A DNA stretch of 63,997 nucleotides, filler included, from Octopus bimaculoides (lineage: Eukaryota), in assembly GCF_001194135.2 (NCBI RefSeq). It is 4 parts of 4 records of this genome, joined end to end, with 100 filler letters (N's around TTAATTAATTAA, not from the genome) between each part and the next. Parts side by side here need not be neighbours in the genome. Positions count along the whole stretch, not along the records: positions 25,194 to 39,565 come from NC_068987.1; 3 more parts are not named here. The stretch is one strand, 5' to 3'. Numbering within the stretch: the stretch's first letter is position 1; each line of letters begins with the position of its first letter. Below are positions 26,255-37,249 of this stretch, in pieces. The position numbers and the translations under genes are program-made. Below the pieces are notes generated by a model, which was not told where the DNA came from, ran no database searches, and worked only from the letters and a program-made list of their open reading frames with translations.

Positions 26255-27521
26255 NNNNNNNNNNNNNNNNNNNNNNNNNNNNNNNNNNNNNNNNNNNNNN
26301 NNNNNNNNNNNNNNNNNNNNNNNNNNNNNNNNNNNNNNNNNNNNNNNNNNNNNNNNNNNNNNNNNNNNNNNNNNNNNNNNNNNNNNNNNNNNNNNNNNNN
26401 NNNNNNNNNNNNNNNNNNNNNNNNNNNNNNNNNNNNNNNNNNNNNNNNNNNNNNNNNNNNNNNNNNNNNNNNNNNNNNNNNNNNNNNNNNNNNNNNNNNN
26501 NNNNNNNNNNNNNNNNNNNNNNNNNNNNNNNNNNNNNNNNNNNNNNNNNNNNNNNNNNNNNNNNNNNNNNNNNNNNNNNNNNNNNNNNNNNNNNNNNNNN
26601 NNNNNNNNNNNNNNNNNNNNNNNNNNNNNNNNNNNNNNNNNNNNNNNNNNNNNNNNNNNNNNNNNNNNNNNNNNNNNNNNNNNNNNNNNNNNNNNNNNNN
26701 NNNNNNNNNNNNNNNNNNNNNNNNNNNNNNNNNNNNNNNNNNNNNNNNNNNNNNNNNNNNNNNNNNNNNATATATATATATACTTGTGTGTGTGTGTGTG
26801 TATTATACGTACCCATGTGTCATCGGATGTTATACACTACCGGTCATGATGCGCTTCCAATTCTTTAATTCTTTCTTGATTTTCCATCTTGCCCCAAACC
26901 GTTGAAGTAACGCGTCTTCCGATTCTTTTGGAGACCTTCCTAATTTTGTGCATTTTTTTTCTTTTTTTCTTAATTCGAAAAATACTACTGCGCAACTACA
27001 TGGAGTCACCTGTTTGTGAGCATTGAGAAACGTCCGGTTCATTGGAGGCTTGCTTACGGTGTTTTACGATCACGCTATTACCTCCGCCGCATCAGCAAAA
27101 TATTTTATATATTTCAGATATAATCCCTTTCGAATGATATTTCTAGCATAAATATACCCATTGAAATTAAAGTTGTAGACAATCGATGTTCTTTCTGTTT
27201 CGTAGTAGAGCATTTTTCAGTTGCGTATAAGACAGCAGCTTGGTCAGTGCAATTTAAGAGACTGGAACATAGGGTGTTCTCTAGCTCACCTTAAACAAAT
27301 TATTTAACTGATCCTATTCACCTCGAAATTTCAGCGTCCGTCTCGGTCGATATTCACAGTGTGCTGATAGTATGCGCAATCGTATACGTCCTTGCTCTTC
27401 GGCCTTTTGTGAAAGAATCGGGTTCTACTGATCAAACTTTTTATTTGCTTGAACACTCGCTGAGACGCAGAGGACAAATAAAGTAAAGATAGACAAAGAG
27501 CTTTCTATCTGAAATATGGTC

Positions 27522-28080
27522 AAGTGCCCAGAGATCTTTATCAGTCATGCAGAAGTTCCGCTTTGACGTTCTGTAGAGGGATTATAACGGGCGATGATAT
27601 TCCAAAGAAGGCGCTGGTCGTCCTTGAGTATCAACTACCAAATCTGTTCTGGAATACTTTAGGCCTGAGACCGATGGATGTTGTAGGCACGGTGAGACAG
27701 CATTTCCAGCCCTCAGGTTTGTGCCTGGTCACTTGGCGTGTGCTGGATCATTCTCATGTAGGAATACGCGTATTCTGTAGGCTAATATCTGGTAGTAGGC
27801 GTACAAGCTATCATATACCTGTTGCAGTTGTTGAGCATAAAGATCAGTGTTTTTAGCCATTTCAAGCAATAGTAGATCTCCCTGACCTTGGTTTGTCTCC
27901 GATGCTGTTGTAACCTTCCTTAAAACGTCTGAAGCAATTTTGTGGCACGGGTTTGTTGACAGTTCTTGGGTTTTCCGCATCATTGTCTTTTGCTATTACC
28001 AATGCACTCAGTTCTTTTCTGTACAGGCATCGTAAATGGCTTTATTTGCAATGTTTGTATCATTCATTATGAAAGCTGTA
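27522..28080 (-). mobile_element. Possible Penelope-like element 3' remnant (GIY-YIG endonuclease region)
   Basis: Frameshifted motifs SIGLRPKVFQNRF (cf. YIGxTxxxFKxRF) and YRTSKRNFCMTDKDL (cf. Y..SKRCNLCLTEKLLI). Heavily decayed. Confidence 0.45.
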
Positions 28081-31000
28081 AAATAAGACTAAACAATTAA
28101 AATGTAAAGGTTGTGTATCAAAATAAAGAATAAAAAATCCAGCATCGATTAGGTAACAAGGTGTAGTAAATTAATATGTAGATAGAAGTTTCCAAATCTT
28201 ATCAGTGAAAATCTGAAAAATTTTGTAAATATAATACTCTCGTAATGTGTTCACTAATAACAGACGAAAGCACGCGATTATGAATATAATGATATTCCAA
28301 ATTAGCAACTTCGGAATATATTCAATCCATCTATCATATTGTCGTTTTCAATTGCATCTCCAGTTTCTTCCTCTGCCTCCCCTTGTTCTTTATCTTCTCC
28401 TTGTCTTTCCTTTCTGCATCTTTGTCACCAGGTTGGTCTTCATGATGAAACATATTCAGCATATAATCAGCGTCATATATACCATCCTCATTATAATATT
28501 CTAATAAATATCAACACTTTCGTCAACACCTATGTCATCAACATTGCCATCAACATTACCACCAGTAATTCATACGTCATTCCAAACCAATAACAAACCT
28601 TTATTGTCGCTCTGTATGACAAAAGTCACTCTACTATCTTCTTGAAAACACACCATTATTTCTTAAAATTTACGACACATAAGATCACCTTGATATACAT
28701 AAATCTTCATCACCGTCGTCGTCGTTGTCATCAGCTTCATCATCATCACCATCATTGTTATCGTCATCAACATAATCACCATCATCATCATTTTATTACA
28801 ATTGTCAATAAGATCAAGGCTAACCGATAAGATATTGCTGTCAAGGGCTACAATTGGAAAACAAATGCTTTCTAATTGAGGTATTAGTTACAAGAGATGA
28901 TCACGCATCCCTAAAATAGATATGGAAAGTATCCAAATATCAAACTATGAAAATAGAGATAACCTCAATGTGGGGTTGAACATAGAAACAATGATTTTTT
29001 TCTAATGGTTAGGTTTTGCACTCACGGTACGTACTATGGCCAATTTGAAATAGGTTGAAATTCTGAAAATGCAAGATTACTAAGAAACATTGCTATAGAA
29101 ATCTTAAGAAAAGTAAAACACAAACTAACCTGGAGTATATACCGAGAGCCCCAGTAGTGATTCAACTAGTAGAGGGTGATTCTTTTGCCAAAATGTACAA
29201 AAATGTAGAAGAGCTGGTGGCGAGTCATGACGGGGAGAAGTCTACCGTTATTCGAACATGCCATGATACCACGTGAACTAATCATCATGCCTAAAATTTA
29301 AATAATTATAAAGTATGCTCAGGAGAGCAGAGGTCTTGCAAAGTAAAATAGCAGAAACGAAAAGAAGCTCTTATTATATACTCTCTACACCACAAAATAG
29401 ATCATCTTTCTTCAGAGTTTGGCATGAATATCAATATATGACGAAACTTGTAGGCATAGAACATGAGACAGGGGTAAGGAGGGAAAATATGATCTTAAAA
29501 AGAAACACGTAATTTATCTTCAATAAAGAGAAACAACAAGATGGTGTCCTGTATTTGATCAGTTTCGCAAGAACTCTGATCACCTCCTCTCAACATCACT
29601 TAGTGAGAATTATTGGAGTCAAATGAAGCAAAATGGTGCCTCCATTGTTTTCCCTAGTTCTCTGTCTTTCTCTTCTTCTATATTGTCATTCCTGATCTAC
29701 AATGATATTCTGCTGAAATGTTCGTAGTTTAGTTCCAACATCAATTCCTCTTTTCATTTGCAGTGACCTGTGAGTTTAAAAGCAATTTAGGGGCAAATAG
29801 ATGCTGTGTTCCCCAAAACGTAATCTTTTCTTTCTTAGGTTATACACCTTTTTTCGAGCTGATTGTCCTGTGTTTACCTTTCGTCTATGTGTATCTTCCA
29901 ACTAATGACATTGATCTGGCAACCTTTTACAGCTTCATCTCCGTATCAATGCAGATGAGACAGCTAAATATGGCCATGGTAGAGATCACCACTGTTTTAA
30001 CGAGCAAGTATTATGAAAAAAACCCATCTGCAGTAACAAATGATAAGTTTCAAATCTTTTATTAAAGAAGAGTATCTGGCACCCCAGTCGATTCTTCACC
30101 TTGAAGTGATTCGTGAAAAAAGACGCCAACAGCTTCCCTCGAAATGACGAGCCATGTTGTCACCACACCATGGCCACCACACGGGTGGATGATACTCCAT
30201 CGCGCCTCGAATTAACATTGATGTATCGATCTTCAGCAGATTACAATCCGAGAGCTACATTGTGAGACAAGGATAAAAAAAATCTGCACCAGATTTAGTT
30301 GCTACTGGCTCCGACAATACTACAATTATCGGACCTATACAGAGCAGACGATGCCTCTGTCACACTGTAAAACAAAGGAATTTCTTTTTTCCTTATTTTT
30401 AAACTCCTGACTTAAATATCCTACATTATTGACAGACGTCTCTTTGATACCCAGCTAATCTGTAACAATGGACAGGAAACAAATACGACATCGGGAGAAT
30501 AATTTGAGTTGTCGATGAGGAAAGTCGCTGTAGTTTGGATGGGTGGACTTAATTCTTCACTTTCTACGTAGCTATACAAATACAATTGTTTAAATAGGTT
30601 ACTGGAGATAGGCTGGTAAATATACAGATGAATGTTGTAAAAAATATCCATCTCAAACTTCTCCATATATCTAAATATACAAACGATAAAAACCAGATCT
30701 TAAAACTAAATAATGACACACAAATGCAGAACTGAAGCTACATATGTAAAAGTGCAGTTTACTTTGCATTGAGTGATCAACTTTTGAAAAAACATCGATT
30801 AACGACTCTAAAACTGAGATGAAGTAGTTTTCCATAATTTAGCCCAGGCAAATCTAATACCTCAACATATAAACATCACACTTCCGGTTAAAGTACAGCT
30901 TAACCGGCATGTTAGGATTATGTAATATTAAAAGTTATTGTTCAGATCTTGGATAAATTTATAGATTATATATACACGTATAGCAATTCACCAACACCAA

Positions 31001-31558
31001 ATCATAGATTCATACATATATAAATATAAAGACGTATAAACAAGACAAACCCAGATTATGCACTTGCACACATAATACAGTGCAATGGTATTTTCGCAGT
31101 TGTATGGGAGAGAGGGGATATCAAATCTAAATCTCGAGAAACAGAGAGAGAAAATCGGATTAACTCCACAGGGGGATTATATATACACAATAACCATCAC
31201 AAATCATAATGAAATAAATAAACTAATAGAATGTTAAAATAAACATAAAGTAGATAAGAAAATTCACAAAAGAAACAATCAGACAGAAGGCGGAATATAC
31301 GGAGCATTGAAACGAAAATACATACATTGTATTATGTTAAATCCAAAAGGTGGTCTACTTGTGTGTATTATGAAAGGATAAAGAATCCGCTTAGGCAATA
31401 TGAACGGATGACCGGATGTTGTAGGTCAGTTATAGATTACAGAAACAATAGTTAGACTAAAGATGTATAAACCGAACTAAGCTGATAACAATAACGAAAG
31501 AAAAATAAATGTCACATAAGATATTACTACTATTAATTCTACAACTACTGCTATTGCT

Positions 31559-31640
31559 AACAACAACAACAACAACAACAACAACACCAACAACAGCAAC
31601 AGCAACAACAACAACAACAACAATAATAATAATAATAATA
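31559..31640. repeat. Compound (AAC)n/(AGC)/(AAT)n microsatellite
   Basis: Read directly from the sequence. Confidence 0.95.
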
Positions 31641-32216
31641 GCATAGTAAGTGTTAGTAAGTGAATGTAGCATGCTGGCACAGAAAGAATATAAGAAAAGA
31701 CATGACAGCCTAGGGAGAGTAATCCACTGGGAGTTATGCAGAAAGCTAGGATTTGAATGTACTGAAAAATACTAGAAAGTAAGAAATACAATATCTTGTG
31801 GGACTTTAACATTCAGACTGAGAGAGTAAGAAAAGCGAGATGGCCTGATTTAGTACTACTAGATAAAGAGAATAGAAAATGTCAGATAATTGACTTTGCA
31901 GTCCTAAATGAAAAAACAAGATGAGAGGTATAGAAAAAATAGCAAAGTACCAGGACCTAGCCATTGAATTACAGAGGTTATGTAAAGTGAGGATAAAATG
32001 TACCCTAGTACGTATAGGTGCATTGAGAACTATCTCTAAAGATTTGTACAGATGGATAGAGGGAATAGGCATAAACACCAGTTTCGTACAACTCCAGAAA
32101 AAAAATGTTCATCGGGACAGCTAGAATACTTAGGAGGGTTCTTGGTATCTAAGGTACTTGTTGTAGCCCGATATTAGAATTTTTCTTTTCCAACAGTCTA
32201 ATCTCTTGTGTGTACA

Positions 32217-32218
<2 letters not shown>
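31641..32218 (+). mobile_element. R4/Dong-clade non-LTR retrotransposon, 5'-truncated 3' end (restriction-like endonuclease)
   Basis: VSECSMLAQKEYKKRHDSLGRVIHWELC; WDFNIQTERVRKARWPDLVLLDKENRKCQIIDFAV (PD..D); EKIAKYQDLAIELQRLCKV; GTARILRRVLGI-stop; short 3' UTR; (AAT)n on both sides. Confidence 0.9.

Positions 32219-32293
<75 letters not shown>
32219..32293. repeat. (AAT)25 microsatellite
   Basis: Read directly from the sequence. Confidence 0.95.
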
Positions 32294-32296
<3 letters not shown>

Positions 32297-32399
32297 GATG
32301 ATGATAATGATGATAATCTTTTCTTTATCAGATACAAGGGCCGAACACAAAACGAAAATGACCAAATAAAAACAATAATAATTAATAATGAAATTTAAG

Positions 32400-34760
32400 C
32401 AATAACATTCTCAAAAAGGGGTTACTTCCATCCAGGGCCAACCAAGTAACTCCAAACATCCTGGTCACCATGAGTGACGAGGGTACCCCTGGAAGGCTCC
32501 TTTCTCCTCCTCAACTTTTCCCGATCTACAGCCTTATATTCAAAGTAGGCTCATTGACACGAGCCAAACATCTCGCATTTACCCACTTTCAACAAAACGA
32601 TGGGGTGGGGTTCAGCACATTGCTCACCAGCCTCGCTTTCTCTTTCAAGTGGAACTTGAAAATTCATAAAGTTTGAAGGCATCCATGAATGACAAATGGT
32701 TGACTTTCCTCCACATCAGTGTTAGTCGTATCATGTACAGTGCAAACATTATTGGGGAGAGGCACACCCCTGGGAAGATGTCTCTCCTGATTTCTTTTGT
32801 CCCTAAACTTCTTCCACATGCTGTCAGATCCGTCCTCCACTTCGCCATACTTTTTCCAAGCAATCACTCAACATTCGATGCAATACCAAATAGGTTCATA
32901 CATTCCATAATCCAAGAATGTGGGATCATATCGTACGCCTTACGATAATCGATCCATGACATGGCTAAGTTAATGTTTCTCCTCTTGCAGTCTCTAAGTG
33001 AACTTTTGTCTACCAGCAGTTGATACTTAGTACGTCTTCACTTACGCTTACACCCCTTTTTCTCATGTGGTAGGATTCCGTTTTTTACAGATGTCTGTCC
33101 ATTGAATCTGCTACTATTCCAGTCAATAATTTCCACATAAATGTCAAGCAGGATATTGGTCTGTTATTGTCTACCGTATTGCCTTTTTCGATGTTTTTCA
33201 AGCACAGCACCGCCCTACCCATTCTGAACCACTCAGGTTTTACTTAGTCGTTTTTTATCAAGGTGTTGAGTTGTGCAGCTATTCGTGCATGACATTCACC
33301 AAGTCTTTTAATCCAATAGCCTTCTACTCCATCTGGTCCTATGACCTTCCAGTTGCACCCTTTTTTATTGCTGATTTCCTTCACTTCCCTAACTGAAATG
33401 ACAAATTCTACCTGTTTTGGACAGACTACTGTTTGTTTCAGTTCATGCAACTATTCAGTATCCTTCTTGATCTCCTTGTTATGCTCCAGATGTCACTCCA
33501 CAATCTTTGACCTTCAATATTATCTGATAGCAACTTTCCTTCTGTACACTATCCATTTGTTTCTTTGTAGAATCTCTTCTGATCTACCCTGAATAAACCA
33601 TTCTGCTGGTATCCCTTCATTCTTTGGTCGCATCTTACCATCTTTGCTTTCTTTGCAACGAGGCGCTGCTTAAGTTCCTACATTGCCACTAGCAGACTCT
33701 TTATTTCCATAACATACTTCCTGTTCAGCGTCCTGTAATTTCGTTCGCTTTTAAGCCCCACTTTTCTCTTTTCTGCGTAACAGAAATGTCCTTCGAGAGC
33801 ATATCTAACTCCACCTGTCTTCATTTCCACCATAGATCTTTTCTTTTGTCTCTCCCATTATATTTCTTTTTCTTCACATCCACACCCACATTTTCTGCTA
33901 CAATATCAACTACCTTTATCAAATTATTTGTTTCTGTGATGTTTTATTTTTGTTCTGATGTATTTAAGAATTTTATTTGCATTTTTCATTTCTTGGTTCA
34001 ATTTTCACCGTTCAAACTTCATAAGTTTACAAAAAATGTCGCTATCGTCTCCTGTGGCCATACTTTTATTCTGTCGTAGATTGCCTTTTGCCCATCTGTC
34101 ATGACATTATTAATTTTATTGTCTTCATCCAGACCATCTCTATGTCTCTCATTGAGCAACCTGTCCCTGTTCCTTTCCTGGTGTTTGTTAGAGATCTCAC
34201 CTCAGTTTTCTGCTATGAGGTTACTTTTATCAGCAAGAACTGTATTTTCATCGTTTTCTCTGCTGCTATTTTACAAGACCCGTCTTTTGATAGCTTCGAG
34301 CTCTACTTCTGTGAACCAACGGTTTTTTTCTTATTGCTCCAGCTTTATCACATAATCTCTATTGGATGAGTTGAAATGATCCTCTTTCTATCCATTGATC
34401 ATACATACTTTGTTGGCATCCCATAATATGATCACCATTTTCATCTACAGGGGTGCTCAGGTAGTAACAGCGTGGTACACGTAGTAAGAGTGTTGCTACA
34501 GGGATCCTTGACTACAGCATTGACTTGTTTGTTCCATTTATGCCGTGTCTGCCTGTCTCTTGCTGGATAACGACATACTGGAGACGGAGCAGTATCTTAG
34601 TGCCTGCCGAGTGCAACACTGTCACTATCAAGGACTTCAGCTTCATTACCACCGTTACTCAGTATTTTGTTTTTTCATTGTCACTCATATGAGGTACTGA
34701 TTATCAGGTTGTGTAATTAACCAGTGATTTAATTGTGACACCCTCACTAAATGTATCATC
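32400..34760 (-). mobile_element. R4/Dong-clade LINE, degraded N-terminal and RT portion
   Basis: GPDGVEGYWIKRL; [31 protein letters not shown]; WIDYRKAYDMIPHSWIMEC; IRRDIFPGVCLSPIMF; VNHLSFMDAFKLY. The 5' side abuts an (ATT)-rich tract at about 34795-34850. Confidence 0.85.
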
Positions 34761-35164
34761 GATCAGGACATGCAGAGATTCCAACCGCTCCCTTTCATTA
34801 TTATTATCATCATTACTGGTTCCATTATTTTCATTTTTACTATTTGTTATTGTCAATATTTCCTCTGATCCAACATGAGTTTTGGCTAATTGTCATTAAC
34901 ACATTTGTGTCAGTACTAGGGGCCGGGTCTTTATAAGCGTACACAATCTGCAAGAGCAACGCTTCTATAATTATAAACAAATTAATGTAGTTCAAATGAG
35001 ACAAAGAAATAAGCAAAAATACAATATCCACCCTTATTTTTCCCGTGGGTTGTATATATTTTTTAATGCCGGGATACATACATCCATACATACATACATA
35101 CATACATACGTACATATGTATATATATATATATATATATGTATATNNNNNNNNNNNNNNNNNNN

Positions 35165-35195
<31 letters not shown>

Positions 35196-35295
35196 ATTTG
35201 GGGATGACCATGTTGTCTGTTTAGCCAATTAAATCACACACACTATATATTTGGTGTTAATTTGCTTCACCTTTATATTACATTAATCGTATTTC

Positions 35296-35340
35296 GGCCA
35301 GAGATCTTTCGTCACACTTTTGTGACCTCATCAGTGGTCC
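35296..35340 (-). ncRNA. Type I minimal hammerhead ribozyme candidate with palindromic stem III
   Basis: Minus strand GGACCA-CTGATGA-G-GTCACA-AAAG-TGTGAC-GAA-AGATCT-C-TGGCC. Intact core, 6-bp stem II, AGATCT palindrome, CUC triplet, stem I GG(A)CCA/TGGCC. Confidence 0.8.
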
Positions 35341-35590
35341 TTTGATTTCTTCTTTCTTATTTGTGTGTCCCTCCTTACTAATGATCAGCCATTTTGTATT
35401 TTGTATTCCTATTGTATATGTCTATATTTGCGCATGCGTATACCTCTATGTGTGTCTATGTTTGTTTATGTTTAGTAAGTGCTTGTGTGTGTATGAGGAG
35501 TGCCTGTATTATCTGTATCCCCTGTTTATACATTTCGTAGAAACCTTTCCAAGTTGATGAAGATGACGATGAACAGTTGTATGGTTTAAA

Positions 35591-35877
35591 ATAAGCTTTA
35601 TTGCCAATTCTCCAAATGATAATGCAGGATTTTCTTCAAGTAATACCTCAAGGAGCTTATCATCTATCTCAACTGGAGTCCTGTTCGATCTTCATCTTCA
35701 AGGCTGAAATCTCCACCTCTGAATTTTGCAAGCCATCTTCTGAAAGATCGTTTTATTCAAGCATTCTTTCCCATAGATTGAGTGTGTGTTTCGAGTCGCT
35801 TCGTCTGCAGAGTTGCCTTTTTTGTACTCATAAAGCATTATGAGGTAAAATCGGACAGAACTTATGGGATGACCTGA
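35591..35877 (-). mobile_element. Mariner 5' fragment (TIR plus HTH), related to 20226-21464
   Basis: TA|TCAGGTCATCCCATAAGTTCTGTCCG shares GGTCATCCCATAA with the 20226 TIR. It is followed directly by MLYEYKKGNSADEATRNTHSIYG..WLAKFRGGDFSLEDEDR. Confidence 0.85.
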
Positions 35878-36371
35878 TATATAACTATAAAGAGCTGCAG
35901 TATTTAACCCCTTTTCGTTTAAGTACATTCAACTATGACTGCGATAACTAATTCTAGATTTGTTCTCATTCATACCAGGATAATTGTTATTATAATCCTA
36001 ACTTTAATATTTGGACCAATTCTATTTATTTGATTCACACTATCATTTTGAACTTTCACATTAAGTGGAAATAACTCATTCCTCAGGTTGTATGGAGTAT
36101 CATGTAGTCTACAATAAGCGAATTTATTTTGATAGAATGCACTTTACATTAGTGATGAAAATGTAACTTTAATATTGTTCATATGAAATATTTTGCCATA
36201 TATATATAGTCAGTAGACATGATTTACTAATACAAGCTAAAGATGAGTTATTAATATTGGCCTAAACTGTTATTTCAGTACCTTAAAATGTTTACTAGAT
36301 GGATGTAAATAATACACTAAAATGAATGCACGAATTCGATAACAGCAAAAAACATTGTAAATTATTCCAGT

Positions 36372-36512
36372 GGGTAAGGCGGTGACCTGGCGGAACTGTT
36401 AACACGCCGGGCAAAACGCTTAGCGGCATTCCGTCTGTATTTTATGATTTCAGATTCTGTCAAGGTCGATTTTGGCTTTCTTTCTTTCGAGGTCGATAAA
36501 ACAACCACCAGC
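36372..36512 (+). mobile_element. Octopus-type SINE (family B), diverged
   Basis: AAGGCGGTGACCTGGCGGAA..GTTAACACGCCGGGCAAAACGCTTAGCGGCATT..GAGGTCGATAAAA; tRNA-like A box TGGCGGAA. Confidence 0.7.
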
Positions 36513-36524
36513 TTAGTACGCTTT

Positions 36525-36640
36525 TTACTCTCTTTACTCTTTTACTTGTTTCAGTCATTTGACTGTGGCCATGCTGGAGCACCGCTTTAGTCGAGCAAAT
36601 CGACCCCAGGACTTATTCTTTGGAAGCCTAATACTTATTC
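36525..36640 (-). mobile_element. Isolated 3' tail of family-A SINE
   Basis: ACTCTTTTACTTGTTTCAGTCATTTGACT..GGCCATGCTGGAGCACCGC..TTAGTCGAGCAAATCGACCCCAGGACTTATTCT, a direct repeat of 36868-36953. Confidence 0.85.
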
Positions 36641-36863
36641 TGTGGGTACTGATTCTGTGCCAAATATTAAAATTAGGATTATACTGGGGACGTTTCTCGA
36701 AACTGTTAGCCTTCTGTCAAAATTTGAAACTAATGACTTCAATGTTTAGAAAAAGTTACTTTATTTTAGAATATATCAGAAATTATTTTACTATAAATAA
36801 ATTTTCAAATACAATAATCTTGGTTTACTATATATACAGAATTCGTAAAAAATGTATGATTAT

Positions 36864-37249
36864 ATCTTTTACTCTTTTACTTGTTTCAGTCATTTGACTA
36901 CGGCCATGCTGTAGCACCGCCTTTAGTCGAGCAAATCGACCCCAGGACTTATTCTGTGGGTGTCTTTAGCCGAACCGCTAAATTACGGGGACGTAAACAT
37001 ACCAGCATCGGTTGTCAAGTAATGTTGGGCGGGGAACAAACACAGACACGCAAAACATACACACACACACACACATATATATATATACATACATATATAC
37101 AACGGGCTTCTTTCATTTTCCGTCTACCAAATCCACTCACAAGACTTTGGCCGGCCCGAAGCTATAGTAGAAGACACTTGTCCAAGATGCCACGCAGTGG
37201 GACTGAATCCAGAACCATGTTGTTGGTAAGCAAGCTACTCCTACGCCTA
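36864..37249 (-). mobile_element. Octopus-type tRNA-derived SINE (family A), near full length
   Basis: Head (reverse complement TAGGCG..TAGCTTGCTTACCAAC.ACATGGTTC.GG.TTCAGTCCCACTGCGTGGCA), central (CA)/(TA) run and 3' tail all present. Confidence 0.9.

Noticed and set aside
1752-26905. Long ORF calls containing X runs (for example 1752-2201, 19435-20097, 21564-22132, 26150-26905)
   Set aside because: They are open only because N gaps contain no stops.
28320-28800. His/Ser-rich reading frames
   Set aside because: Decayed (CAT/CAC/CTT)n repeats with stops in all frames.
34440-34760. HDV-like ribozyme at the R4 5' end (and at the RTE 5' end near 50580)
   Set aside because: Such ribozymes are known in these clades, but I could not identify the nested pseudoknot by eye; a descriptor search is needed.
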